A stretch of 64,000 nt of DNA, from positions 128,001-192,000 of the forward strand of contig CAVYSY010000057.1 of the NCBI GenBank assembly GCA_963771175.1, given 5' to 3'. The stretch comes from an uncultured delta proteobacterium. GTDB taxonomy: Bacteria > Myxococcota > Myxococcia > Myxococcales > Myxococcaceae. The translations under genes and the position numbers were made by a program. This document shows positions 29,221 through 39,603 of the stretch, piece after piece. Position 1 is the first letter of the stretch. Every line of letters begins with the position of its first letter. The notes under the pieces were generated by a model. The model saw only the letters and a program-made list of their open reading frames with translations. It was not told the origin of the DNA and searched no databases.

Positions 29221-30813
29221 TCACCTCCGCCGTGGAAGGCAGGAGAGGGGCAGCGTCCACAGCTCCTCTCCCGTCACGGTGTCGTCCGCGACGAAGTACA
29301 CCCGCGAGCCCGAGAGGGTGAAGCCCGTCGGGTTGGAGGAGATGGGGCCGGGCACGATGTCTTGGATGCGCATCGTGCCGGCCTCCGTCCCATCGCTCCG
29401 CCATGGCTCGCGGCCCGTCGTCCCGTCGAAGGCGGAGAAGAAGAGCCAGTCCCCCACGGCCGCCAGGTCGTCTGGCTCCGAGCCCTCCGGACCGGGGACG
29501 ATGTCCTTCACCCGTACCGTCCCCGCGTCCGTCCCGTCGCTCCTCCACAGCTCGCCCAACTCGTCGGCGATGTTGTGGAAGAAGAGCTGCCCGCCCGCGG
29601 CCACCATCGGGCGTGGCGCGGGGGAGACATCCCCCACCTGGACGGTCCCCTCCGCCGTGCCGTCGCTCTTGTAGAGCCTGAGATTGAAGGCCTCGTCGAA
29701 GATGGAGAAGAAGACCGTGTCGCCCACCGCGACGAGGCCACTCGGGAACGAGCCCCGGGGACCGGGGATGATGTCCTTGACCAGCCTCGTCCCCCTCGCC
29801 GTCCCGTCGCTCACGAACAGCTCGCGGTTCTCTCCCCCCGCGAAGGCGGCGAAGAAGACCTGTTTGCCCGCCCGGGTCATGAAGATGGGACCGGAGCTCT
29901 CCGGGCCTGGAGACAGGTCCGCGAGCCGGAACGTCCCGGACCGCGTGCCATCGCTCCGCCACGGCTCCGCCCCGCCCGCCGCGTCGAAGCCGCTGAAGAG
30001 GACGAAGCTGCCCAGGGCCTCCAGATTCGAGGTGAAGAAGACGTTGGACGCCACCAGGAACGTCCCGCGCCGGGTCCCATCGCTCGTCCATAGCTCCTGG
30101 GGGCCCCCCGGCCTGTTGAGGAAGAAGAAGAGCTTGCCGTCCGCCGCGGTCAGCGCGAAGGCCTCGGCGCCCTCGGGGCCAGGGATGAGGTCCTCGACCA
30201 GCCTCGTCCCGGCCGCCGTCCCATCGCTCTTCCACAGCTCCCGGCCGTGGACCCCGTCATCCGCCGTGAAGTAGAGCGTGCGCCCCACGGCGACGAGGCT
30301 TCGCGGGTCCGAGCTGGCCGCGCCGGGAGCGATGTCGTCCACCCGCCTCGTGCCCCCTCCGGTCCCATTGCTCCTCCACAGCTCGCGGCCGCTGCTCCCG
30401 TCATCCGCCGTGAAGAAGAGCAACCCATTCACGTCCGTCAGCTCCCTCGGCACCGAGCCATCAGCACAGGGAAGGATGTCCTTGAGCAGGGAGGCCCCCG
30501 AGCAGTTCCTCCTCGAGGGAGCGCCTGCCAGCTCCCGCGGCTCCGTGCTTCCGGGCTCCTCCGCGGGCGCCTCGACCTCGGCGGGAGAACAGCCCGTCAG
30601 CAGGGAAGGAAGGACGAGCAACAGGAAGGCCAGCGGCCCCCACGGGAAGCCCCTGCCCCGGCCCGTGTGACTTCCGCCGACGCGCCAGGCCCAGCGCCAG
30701 CGCGGGCAACCCGAGGAGGAGCCCCCCGAGGCCGAGGAGGTGCGACCCGCTCCGGGACGCCTCGGCCAGGGTGCCCCCGCCCGCCTCGCCCCGAGCCTCT
30801 CCCCGGCGGCCAT
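29221..30813 (-). CDS. ELWxxDGT repeat protein with lipobox (true start uncertain, probably near 30670)
   Basis: Multiple ELWxSDGT repeats; LLLVLPSLLTGC lipobox. Confidence 0.8.
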   Translation of the reverse strand: MAAGERLGARRAGAPWPRRPGAGRTSSASGGSSSGCPRWRWAWRVGGSHTGRGRGFPWGPLAFLLLVLPSLLTGCSPAEVEAPAEEPGSTEPRELAGAPSRRNCSGASLLKDILPCADGSVPRELTDVNGLLFFTADDGSSGRELWRSNGTGGGTRRVDDIAPGAASSDPRSLVAVGRTLYFTADDGVHGRELWKSDGTAAGTRLVEDLIPGPEGAEAFALTAADGKLFFFLNRPGGPQELWTSDGTRRGTFLVASNVFFTSNLEALGSFVLFSGFDAAGGAEPWRSDGTRSGTFRLADLSPGPESSGPIFMTRAGKQVFFAAFAGGENRELFVSDGTARGTRLVKDIIPGPRGSFPSGLVAVGDTVFFSIFDEAFNLRLYKSDGTAEGTVQVGDVSPAPRPMVAAGGQLFFHNIADELGELWRSDGTDAGTVRVKDIVPGPEGSEPDDLAAVGDWLFFSAFDGTTGREPWRSDGTEAGTMRIQDIVPGPISSNPTGFTLSGSRVYFVADDTVTGEELWTLPLSCLPRRR

Positions 30814-32332
30814 CCGGCGCGGCCGTGCCAGGACGGCATTCACCAATCGAGGCGCGCGGCAGGGCCCACAGCTCGGCCCCGGTGCTCCTCTCGAAGGCAC
30901 GGAAGAAGACGTGCCCACCGGAGACGGTGAAGGCTCGAGGACCCGAGAAGCGAGGCCCTCCCGTCACGGTGCGGATGCGGTAGGTCCCCGCCTCGGTCCC
31001 GTCGCTCCGCCACAGCTCGTCGAAGGACCTGGCATCGCTGGCGGAGAACAGGAGCGTCCCGTCGGCCACCGCCAGCCAGGTCGGGAACCCACCCTCGGGG
31101 CCGGGGAAGATGTCCTTGACGAGCACCGTCCCGGCCTCCGTCCCATCCGTCCGCCAGAGTTCGACGCCGTGGACCCCGTCCTCCGCGTCGAACATCAACA
31201 CATCCCCCAGTGCGACCCGGAAGCGGGGGAGATCGTCGTCGGGGAACGAGTCCTCGGGACCGGGGTTGACGTCCTTGATGAGGTGGGTCCCCGCCTCCGT
31301 CCCATCGCTCACCCAGGGCTCATCGCCATGCTCCGGAGTGCTGGCGAAGAAGAAGAGGCGGCCTCCGACGGCGAGAGTCCCGTCGAGGTTCGACCAGTCC
31401 GGCCCGGGGAGGACGTCCTTGACGAGCACCGTGCCCGCCTCCGTCCCGTCGCTCTTCCACAGCTCGCGGCCGTGGACCTCGTCATCGGCGGAGAAGAAGA
31501 GCGTGTCGCCCACCACGGCGAGGTGGAAGGGGAACGCGCTGTCGGGTCCGGGGAGGATGTCCTTGACGAGCACCGTGCCCGCCTCCGTCCCGTCGCTCTT
31601 CCACAGCTCACCGCCGTGGACGCCCTCCTCGGCCTCGAAGAAGAGCACGCCTCCGGCGGCGACGAGGGAGGACGGGATGGACGACTCCAGACCCGGGAAG
31701 ATGTCCGCCACCAGGAACGTCCCGGCCTCCGTCCCGTCGCTCCTCCACAGCTCCCTGCCGTGGACTCCGTCGTCCGCGGTGAAGAAGAGGACACCGTCCA
31801 CGAACATCAGCCCCGTGGGAGATGAGCTCGCCTCCCCCGGGAAGACGTCCTTGACGAGCACCGTGCCCGCCGCCGTCCCGTCGCTCTTCCACAGCTCGCG
31901 GCCGTGGACTCCGTCGTCCGCCGTGAAGAACACCACCCCGTCCCCCAGCACCATCGGCTCGAAGGCGAGGCCCGTCTCGTCATCGAGTTCGGGCAACGAG
32001 TCCTCGGGTCCCGGGCGGATGTCCTTGACGAGCACCGTGCCCGCCGCGGTCCCATCACTCCGCCACAGCTCGCGGCCGTGTGCCCGCGATTCGGCACCGA
32101 AGAGGAGCGTGCCCCCCAGGTCGACGAGCGCACCGGGGTCTCCCGAGCGCGAGCCGAAGATGATGTCCTTCACCAGGAAGGCGGGCGCGCACCTCGGGGT
32201 CGGACACACGGGACCGGGGCCCCAGTGGGCGGAGGGCTCCGCTGGCGCGGCTTCATTCGAGGCCCGGACGGAGCCGGGCGATAGACAGACGACGGCGAAC
32301 GGCAGGAGAAGAATCCAGCCACGGCGCGACAT
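30461..32332 (-). CDS. ELWxxDGT repeat protein with signal peptide and C-terminal TM/basic anchor (true stop uncertain)
   Basis: About ten ELWxSDGT-type repeats; LLGLGGLLLGLPALALGLARRRK near 30670-30740. Confidence 0.8.
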   Translation of the reverse strand: MSRRGWILLLPFAVVCLSPGSVRASNEAAPAEPSAHWGPGPVCPTPRCAPAFLVKDIIFGSRSGDPGALVDLGGTLLFGAESRAHGRELWRSDGTAAGTVLVKDIRPGPEDSLPELDDETGLAFEPMVLGDGVVFFTADDGVHGRELWKSDGTAAGTVLVKDVFPGEASSSPTGLMFVDGVLFFTADDGVHGRELWRSDGTEAGTFLVADIFPGLESSIPSSLVAAGGVLFFEAEEGVHGGELWKSDGTEAGTVLVKDILPGPDSAFPFHLAVVGDTLFFSADDEVHGRELWKSDGTEAGTVLVKDVLPGPDWSNLDGTLAVGGRLFFFASTPEHGDEPWVSDGTEAGTHLIKDVNPGPEDSFPDDDLPRFRVALGDVLMFDAEDGVHGVELWRTDGTEAGTVLVKDIFPGPEGGFPTWLAVADGTLLFSASDARSFDELWRSDGTEAGTYRIRTVTGGPRFSGPRAFTVSGGHVFFRAFERSTGAELWALPRASIGECRPGTAAPDGRRGEARGEAGGGTLAEASRSGSHLLGLGGLLLGLPALALGLARRRKSHGPGQGLPVGAAGLPVARPSFPADGLFSRRGRGARGGARKHGAAGAGRRSLEEELLGGLPAQGHPSLC

Positions 32333-32516
32333 CGGGCCCCCCTCGGGCGTACGGAACGACGACACCGTCCCGAGGGCTGCAATCTGGAAATGCTCCGACT
32401 CGCGGCAACCCCCTCCACGAGGGAGGGACGCCAGGCCGCTCGCTCACGGGCCCCGGTGTAGACCCGGTCCGGCGCGAGGGGGGGGCGCTTCGCGTTCCAA
32501 GCTCAGCACCAGGTCG

Positions 32517-32858
32517 TCAGTCCACCACGAGCGAGGTGACGGCGAGCCCCGTCTGGCCGAGCTGCTCCCCATTGGTGCTGCCACACACCGGGCACCGCAG
32601 GCGGTGGTGCTCGGGCGCGTAGGTGCGGCCACAGGCCCGGCAGCGCGCCTCCACGTGGATGAGCTCCAGCAGGAGCCGCGCGCCTTCCGCCTGGGTGCCC
32701 CGGGCCTGCGTGGCGAAGTCGGAGAACAGACGCTCGGGGGACAAGGACACCGTCTCGGCCACCCAGCCCCGCACCACACGCACACGCGAGGACCCCTGGG
32801 ACACGGCCCGCTGGAGAACGGCGTCGAGCATCTGCTGGGCAAGGACAGATTCGTGCAT
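32517..32858 (-). CDS. hypA: Hydrogenase maturation nickel metallochaperone HypA/HybF family
   Basis: N-terminal MHE, CRAC and CPVC zinc motifs, 113 aa, GGAGG RBS. Confidence 0.85.
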   Translation of the reverse strand: MHESVLAQQMLDAVLQRAVSQGSSRVRVVRGWVAETVSLSPERLFSDFATQARGTQAEGARLLLELIHVEARCRACGRTYAPEHHRLRCPVCGSTNGEQLGQTGLAVTSLVVD

Positions 32859-33099
32859 GGAGCACCTCCGGGGGGAGCAGAGGTCATGGAACGCGGGGAT
32901 TTCCAGCTTAGGCAACCCGCCCACGGGCTCGCGAGCGGGGAGCCCCCGGGCCGTTATCCGGCGAACGATTGCACCTCCCCCTTCCTGCACCGGACGCCCA
33001 CCTCGCCCGTGCGTACGAGGTCGCGTCAGACGGATTGGTGCGCCAGCGGAGTCGCGAGCGCATATGTTCCCCCCCGCATCCGCCGTCCCGGAGGACGAC

Positions 33100-34646
33100 A
33101 TGGAAGAGCAGGGGCTGCACATCGAGACCCATCCCCGCGAGGGCGAACCGCTGGTGCGCGCGGGGAGACCGGACCCGTGCCTCATGGTCCTCTTCGGCGC
33201 CACGGGAGACCTGGCGCAACGCAAGCTCTTCCCGGCCCTCTTCGAGCTGGCCCGCCAGGGGCTGCTGCCCAACAACTTCGCCCTCGTGGCCTTCAGCCGC
33301 TCGGAGCACAACCTGGAGCAGTTCCGCGCCCAGGTGAAGGCGGGACTCCAGAAGTACGCCCGCACCCAGCCGCTCGACGAGGCCACCTGGGAGCGGCTCG
33401 CCTCCAAGCTGGAGATGATGACCGGGGCCTACGATGACCCGGAGTCCTACATCCGCCTGCGCGAGCACCTGGACCGCGTGTCCGAGCGCTTCGGCACCCA
33501 GGGCAACCAGCTCTACTACCTGGCCACCCCGGCCTCCTCCTTCCCCTCGCTGCTCGAGGGCCTCGCGAGCTCCGGGCTGCTGTACCGCGAGGACCCCACC
33601 GTGAAGCGCCCCTGGCGGCGGCTCGTCATCGAGAAGCCCTTCGGTCACGACCTCGCCAGCGCGAAGCGAGCTCAACCGCTGCCCTGGCCGCGGTGATGGA
33701 CGAGCGAGCAGATTTTCCGCATCGACCACTACCTGGGGAAGGAGACGGTCCAGAACATCCTCGTCTTCCGCTTCGCCAACGCCATCTTCGAGCCGCTGTG
33801 GAACCGGCAGCACATCGACCGGGTGGAGATAACGGCGGCGGAGAGCATCGGCGTGGAGGGCCGAGGGCGCTTCTACGACGAGACGGGCGTCGTCCGGGAC
33901 ATGGTGCAGAACCACCTGTTGCAGGTGCTGGCCCTGTGCGCCATGGAGCCGCCCATCTCCGTTCGCGGCCGAGGACATCCGCGACGAGAAGAACAAGGTG
34001 TTCCGCGCGCTGCGCCCCATGGTGGGCGGCGAGGTGGCGAAGTACGTGGTGCAGGGCCAGTACCAGGGCTACCGGGAGGAGCAGGGGGTGTCGAAGGACT
34101 CGAAGACCCCCACCTACGTGGCGACTGAAGACGTACATCGACACGTGGCGCTGGCAGGGCGTGCCCTTCTACGTGCGCGCCGGCAAGCGGCTGAGCAAGC
34201 GGGTGACGGAGGTGTCCATCCACTACAAGTCCGTGCCGCACTGCCTCTTCAACACCAGCGACACCTGCCAGCGGCTGCAGCCCAACGTGCTCACGCTGCG
34301 CATCCAACCGCACGAGGGCATCGGGCTGAGCTTCGAGTCGAAGGTGCCCGGCGAGGACATCAACATCGCCGGTGTGGACATGGACTTCGACTACGCCAAG
34401 AGCTTCCACAAGCCAGTGCCCGAGGCGTACGAGCGGCTGATGCTGGACTGCATGCGGGGCAACACCACGCTGTTCGCGCGGCAGGACAGCGTGGAGCAGG
34501 CGTGGGCCTGGGTGACGCCCATCATCGAGGCGCTGGACTCGGGCAAGGGAGGGCCGATGCAGACGTACGAGCCAGGGAGCGCGGGGCCGGACACGGCGGG
34601 GGCCCTGCTGGCGCGCGACGGGCGGCGCTGGAAGGAGCTGAAGTGA
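33100..34646 (+). CDS. zwf: Glucose-6-phosphate 1-dehydrogenase (several single-base frameshifts)
   Basis: [42 protein letters not shown] spread over frames. Confidence 0.92.
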
Positions 34647-35314
34647 TGAGGCCCGCCCCCATCGTGGTGGAGAAGGAATCGCTGGCGCGCGAGGGAGCGG
34701 ACTGGCTCGCAGGGGCGCTCATGGACGCGGTGGCCGGGGGCCGCCGGGCCAGCCTGGCGCTGTCGGGCGGGAGCACTCCGGGGCCGGTGTTCCGGGAGCT
34801 GGCGAAGCGGGAGGTGCCCTGGCACCTGGTGGACTTCTACTTCGTGGACGAGCGCTTCGTCCCGCCGGACCACCCGGAGAGCAACTACCTGCTGGCGGAG
34901 GAGGCGCTCTTCAAGCCGCTGGGCGTGGACGCGCGACAGGTGTTCCGGATGCAGGGCGAGCGCCAGGACCGGGACGAGGCCGCGCGAGACTACGAGAAGC
35001 TGCTGCCACCGGTGCTGGACGTGGTGGTGCTGGGGATGGGCGAGGACGGACACACCGCGTCGCTCTTCCCGGACAGCTCGTCGCTGGAGGAGAAGACGCG
35101 GCGGGTGCTGGCGGTGGTGGGCCCCAAGCCCCCGCCGTGGCGCATGACGCTGACACTGCCGGTGCTCCAGTCGGCCCGGAAGGTGCTCGGGCTGGTGGCG
35201 GGAGCGGGCAAGCGGGACATGGTGCGTCGGGTGCTCGCGGGCGAGGACCTCCCCGCGGCGCGGGTGACGCAGGCGCAGTGGATGATGGACAAGGCCGCGG
35301 CGGGCCAGCAGTGA
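34646..35314 (+). CDS. pgl: 6-phosphogluconolactonase
   Basis: LSGGSTP, DERFVP, GMGEDGHTASLFP; TGATG coupling to zwf. Confidence 0.93.
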   Translation: MRPAPIVVEKESLAREGADWLAGALMDAVAGGRRASLALSGGSTPGPVFRELAKREVPWHLVDFYFVDERFVPPDHPESNYLLAEEALFKPLGVDARQVFRMQGERQDRDEAARDYEKLLPPVLDVVVLGMGEDGHTASLFPDSSSLEEKTRRVLAVVGPKPPPWRMTLTLPVLQSARKVLGLVAGAGKRDMVRRVLAGEDLPAARVTQAQWMMDKAAAGQQ

Positions 35315-35331
35315 GCACAGGAGTCAATGCA

Positions 35332-36771
35332 ATGACCACAGCACAGGGCCCACAGCAGGGGCGTGCGCAGTTCGGCGTGGCGGGGATGGGCGTGATGGGG
35401 CAGAGCCTCGCGCTCAACGTGGCGGACCACGGCTTCCGGGTGGCCGTGTGGGACCGGCACACCGAGCGCTTCGACGAGCTGCGCCAGAAGGGCGCGCCCG
35501 CGAGCCTTCAGGGATACGGCGCGCTGGAGGACTTCGTGGCCGCGCTGGAGCGCCCGCGCCGCATCATGCTGATGGTGACGGCGGGCGCGGCGGTGGACTC
35601 GATGATGGAGAAGCTCGAGCCGCTGCTGCAGCCCGGGGACGTGGTGCTGGACTGTGGCAACTCCTGGTACCTGGACACCCGGAAGCGCGAGGCGGCCTGG
35701 AAGCAGAAGGGGCTGAACTTCCTCGGGGTGGGCGTCTCCGGCGGTGAGGAGGGAGCGCGCTTCGGCCCGTCCATCATGCCGGGCGGCCCGTCCGAGGCGT
35801 ACGCCCTGGTGCGCCCGGTGCTGGAGGCCATCGCCGCGAAGAGCGAGGCGGGCGTGTGCGTCACGCACGTGGGCCCGGATGGCGCGGGCCACTTCGTGAA
35901 GATGGTGCACAACGGCATCGAGTACGCGGACATGCAGCTCCTGGCGGAGACGTATGACCTGCTGCGCCACGGGCTCGGGCTGTCGGCGGACCAGCTGGCG
36001 GACCTGTTCTCGCAGTGGAACCAGGGCATCGCCGAGTCCTTCCTGCTGGAGACCACCATCAAGGTGCTCCGCAAGAAGGACGCCGAGACGGGCAAGCCGC
36101 TGGTGGACGTGGTGTTGGACAAGGCGGGCCAGAAGGGCACGGGGAAGTGGACGGTGCAGGTGTCGCTCGACCTGGGCGTGCCGGTGCCCTCCATCGCCGG
36201 AGCGCTGGACGCGCGCAACCTCTCCTCGATGAAGGACGAGCGCGTGGCGGCGAGCCGCATCCTCCGCGGCCCCCAGGGCGAGAGCCTGTCCGCGGACGAG
36301 AAGGCGAACCTGGCGGCGTGGGTGCATGACGCGCTGTACGCGGCGCGGGTGGCGACGTACGCGCAGGGGATGCGGCTCATCCAGGCGGCGTCCAACGAGT
36401 ACCAGTGGAACGTGTCGCTGGCGGAGATGGCGCGCATCTGGCGGGCCGGCTGCATCATCCGCGCGAAGCTGCTGACGCCGCTGCGCGAGGCCTTCGAGAA
36501 GAAGCCGGATCTGCCCAACCTGATGCTGGCGGACAGCCTGGCGCCGGTGCTGGAGCGGATGGCGCCGGCGTGGAGGCGCACGGTGGCGGTGGCCACGCGG
36601 CTGGGGATTGCGGTGCCGGTGTTCTCCGCGAGCCTCGCCTACTTCGACAGCTACCGCAGCGCCGAGCTGCCGCAGAACCTCACCCAGGCCCAGCGCGACG
36701 CCTTCGGCGCCCACACCTACCAGCGCCGCGACAGGCCCGAGGCCGGCTTCGTCCACTCCGACTGGAGCTGA
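35332..36771 (+). CDS. gndA: NADP-dependent 6-phosphogluconate dehydrogenase
   Basis: GVSGGEEGA, KMVHNGIEY, GQKGTGKW, QAQRDAFGAHTY. Confidence 0.95.
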   Translation: MTTAQGPQQGRAQFGVAGMGVMGQSLALNVADHGFRVAVWDRHTERFDELRQKGAPASLQGYGALEDFVAALERPRRIMLMVTAGAAVDSMMEKLEPLLQPGDVVLDCGNSWYLDTRKREAAWKQKGLNFLGVGVSGGEEGARFGPSIMPGGPSEAYALVRPVLEAIAAKSEAGVCVTHVGPDGAGHFVKMVHNGIEYADMQLLAETYDLLRHGLGLSADQLADLFSQWNQGIAESFLLETTIKVLRKKDAETGKPLVDVVLDKAGQKGTGKWTVQVSLDLGVPVPSIAGALDARNLSSMKDERVAASRILRGPQGESLSADEKANLAAWVHDALYAARVATYAQGMRLIQAASNEYQWNVSLAEMARIWRAGCIIRAKLLTPLREAFEKKPDLPNLMLADSLAPVLERMAPAWRRTVAVATRLGIAVPVFSASLAYFDSYRSAELPQNLTQAQRDAFGAHTYQRRDRPEAGFVHSDWS

Positions 36772-36897
36772 CGCCCGAGGCTCCGCCCGCCTGGTCCCGA
36801 GCCGGGCGCCTTCTCCCTCGGCCGGTATCAAGCCGCCTGGATATTTCGGGCGGCCCTTCGCAAACTGCGGCTTCCGCTGAACGCACGGGAAGCCCAC

Positions 36898-37386
36898 ATG
36901 AAGCTCACCATCAACAATCAGGAACACGAGGTCTCCGACGAGAACCCCGACCGCATGCTCCTCTGGGTGCTGCGGGATGAGCTCGGTCTGGTCGGCACCC
37001 GGTTCAGCTGTGGGGCCGGCGTGTGCGGCGCGTGCACCGTCCACGTGGATGGGGCCGCCACCCGCTCGTGCCTCCTCCCCGTCTCCCAGGTGGCCGGCTC
37101 GCGCATCCGCACCGTGGAGGGCCTCGCCAGCGAGGGGCCCGATGGAAAGCCGCGCCTGCACCCCGTGCAGCAGGCGTTCCTGAAGGTGCAGGTGCCCCAG
37201 TGCGGCTGGTGCATGAGTGGGCAGATGATGACCGCCGCCGCCCTCCTGGAGCGAAACCCGAAGCCCTCGCCCCAGCAGGTGGTGGAGGCCATGGGCAACA
37301 ACTACTGCCGCTGCGGCACCTACTGCCGCATCAAGAAGGCCGTGCTCGAGGCGGCGGAACTGCTGAGCCAGGAGGCCGAGCCATGA
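36898..37386 (+). CDS. (2Fe-2S)-binding subunit, IorA/CoxS family
   Basis: CGAGVCGAC, QCGWC, CRC motifs. Confidence 0.9.
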   Translation: MKLTINNQEHEVSDENPDRMLLWVLRDELGLVGTRFSCGAGVCGACTVHVDGAATRSCLLPVSQVAGSRIRTVEGLASEGPDGKPRLHPVQQAFLKVQVPQCGWCMSGQMMTAAALLERNPKPSPQQVVEAMGNNYCRCGTYCRIKKAVLEAAELLSQEAEP

Positions 37387-39554
37387 GCGACTCGCGTCCC
37401 GAGAAGAAGTCGTGGCGCCCCACGCGCCGGCAGTTCCTGCTCGGCCTGGGCGTGGGCGGCGCCGGAGCCGTGGCCCTCGGCCTGCCCGCCATGCGCCTGG
37501 GCATGGCCCGGTGGCTCGACAAGGGCGAGATGCCCTCCATGGCCGGCACCCTGGACCCCACCCTCTGGTTCGAGCTCTTCCCGGACGACCGCGTGCGCCT
37601 GCACCTGCCCAAGGTGGAGATGGGCCAGGGCATCCACACCTCGCTGGCGCAGATAGCCGCCGAGGAGCTGGAAGTCCCCTGGGAGAAGCTGGAAGTGGTG
37701 CACGCCAGCACCGCCCGGGGCCCGGTGGATTCCCAGGGCACCTCGGGCAGCCAGACCGTGGTCGGCCTGTTCCACCCACTGCGCGAGGTGGCCGCCACCC
37801 TCCGCGAGATGCTGCGCACCGAGGCCGCACGCCAGCTCGGCGTACCGGTCGAGTCGCTCGTGGCCACCGGAGGGACGTTCAGCGTGCGAGACGCGCCCGG
37901 ACGCACGCTGCGCTACGGCGAGGTGGTGGCACGACACACGGGCGCGTGGGAGGTGCCCGAGAAGGCGCCGCCCCTCAAGCCGGTGAAGGACTTCCGAGTC
38001 ATCGGCCAGTCGATGCCGCGCGTGGACCTGGAGGCCAAGCTCACCGGCCAGCCGGTGTATGCGTATGACCAGCGGCTGCCCGGCATGCTGTACGGGGCCG
38101 TGGCGCGACCGCCGAGGCTGGGGAGCACGCTGCGAGCTGCCCGCGAGGGACAGGCGCGCCAGCAGCCGGGCGTGGTGGCGGTGGTGCTGGGGAACGACTT
38201 CGCCGGTGTGGCCGCCGAGTCCCGCGCGCAGGCGTACGCCGCCCTGGCCCACCTGGAGCTGGAGTGGACCGAGGGTGAGCGCGTTCAGCAGGCGGACATC
38301 GACGCGTTGACGACCGTGAAGGACGGAGAGGGCGTCATCATCCAGGACGAGGGGGACGCGCCGGCGCACCTGGGCCGCGGCAGGCAGCTCAGCGCCGAGT
38401 ACCGCACGCCCCTGGCGGCCCATGCGCACCTGGAACCGCAGGCCGCGCTGGTGGAGGTGAAACCGGAGCGGATGCGGGTGTGGATGGCCACCCAGACGCC
38501 CGGGCGCCTTCGCAAGCAGGTGGCCGAGGCGATGGACCGAGAGGAGGAGAGCGTCGAGGTCATCCCCACCTCCCCGGGAGGAGGCTTCGGACGGCGCCTG
38601 GACGCGCGAGCCGCCATCGAGGCCGCGAGGCTCTCGCAAGCCACCGGCCGCCCGGTGCACGTGGGGTGGAACCGCACCGAGGAGTTCCGCCAGGGCTTCT
38701 TCCGCCCGCCCACGCACCACCGGCTGCGCGCCTCGCTGGACGAGTCCGGCCGGGTGATGGCCTTCGAGCACCAGCAGGCCAGCGGAGACGTCCTCCTCGG
38801 CATGGTGCCGGAAGTCGTGGGCGCGGTGATGGGGGCGGACTTCGGCGCGTGGCGTGGAGGGACCATCCGCTACGCCGTGGCCCACCGCCAGGTGCGCGCC
38901 CAGCGTGTGCGGCTGCCCGTGCCCACCGGCACCTGGCGGGGCCTCGGCCTGCTGGCCAACACCTTCGCGCTGGAGGGCTTCATGGACGAGCTCGCCCACG
39001 CCGCCGGGGAAGATCCACTGGCCTTCCGGTTGAAGCACTTGTCGGAGGATGACGCGATGGAGCGCCGCTGGCGCCGGGTGCTGGAGGCCGCGGCCCGGCA
39101 CGCGGGCTGGGACACCGCCGCTCCAGCGGGCCGGGCCCGGGGACTGGCGTGCTCCGTGGACGTCAACACGGTGGTGGCCCAGGTGGCCGAGGTCTCGGTG
39201 GAGGACAGTCGCATCCGTGTGCACCGCATCACCTGCGCCGTGGACTGCGGCCTGGTCGTCAACCCGGACGGAGCCACCGCGCAGGTGGAAGGCGCGGTGA
39301 TGATGGGGCTGGGCTCCACCCTCTCCGAGCAAATCACCTTCAAGGACGGGCAGGTGGAGGCGGAGAACTTCTACAACTACCCGCTGCTGACGATGGCGGA
39401 CGCGCCGGACATCGAGACGCTGCTGGTGGGCGACGGCGACACACCCCATGGCATGGGCGAGCCGCCGATCGGGCCCGTGGCGGCCGCCGTGGCCAATGCC
39501 GTCTTCGCCCTCACCGGGCAGCGCCTGCGGAGCCTGCCCTTGCGGCTGGGGTGA
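37383..39554 (+). CDS. Molybdopterin-binding subunit, isoquinoline 1-oxidoreductase beta (IorB)-like, Tat signal
   Basis: TRRQFL twin-arginine motif, EMGQG, GGGFGRR, GMGEP. Confidence 0.9.
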   Translation: MSDSRPEKKSWRPTRRQFLLGLGVGGAGAVALGLPAMRLGMARWLDKGEMPSMAGTLDPTLWFELFPDDRVRLHLPKVEMGQGIHTSLAQIAAEELEVPWEKLEVVHASTARGPVDSQGTSGSQTVVGLFHPLREVAATLREMLRTEAARQLGVPVESLVATGGTFSVRDAPGRTLRYGEVVARHTGAWEVPEKAPPLKPVKDFRVIGQSMPRVDLEAKLTGQPVYAYDQRLPGMLYGAVARPPRLGSTLRAAREGQARQQPGVVAVVLGNDFAGVAAESRAQAYAALAHLELEWTEGERVQQADIDALTTVKDGEGVIIQDEGDAPAHLGRGRQLSAEYRTPLAAHAHLEPQAALVEVKPERMRVWMATQTPGRLRKQVAEAMDREEESVEVIPTSPGGGFGRRLDARAAIEAARLSQATGRPVHVGWNRTEEFRQGFFRPPTHHRLRASLDESGRVMAFEHQQASGDVLLGMVPEVVGAVMGADFGAWRGGTIRYAVAHRQVRAQRVRLPVPTGTWRGLGLLANTFALEGFMDELAHAAGEDPLAFRLKHLSEDDAMERRWRRVLEAAARHAGWDTAAPAGRARGLACSVDVNTVVAQVAEVSVEDSRIRVHRITCAVDCGLVVNPDGATAQVEGAVMMGLGSTLSEQITFKDGQVEAENFYNYPLLTMADAPDIETLLVGDGDTPHGMGEPPIGPVAAAVANAVFALTGQRLRSLPLRLG

Positions 39555-39603
39555 GACACGAAGGCAGTACCCGGCGGGGGCACCGGTGCGCTAAGGCGCA
39601 TCC

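Noticed and set aside
33660..34130. Programmed frameshifting or true pseudogenisation of zwf
   Set aside because: Multiple isolated single-base insertions, no slippery sites, motifs intact, pgl and gnd intact; sequencing error is more likely
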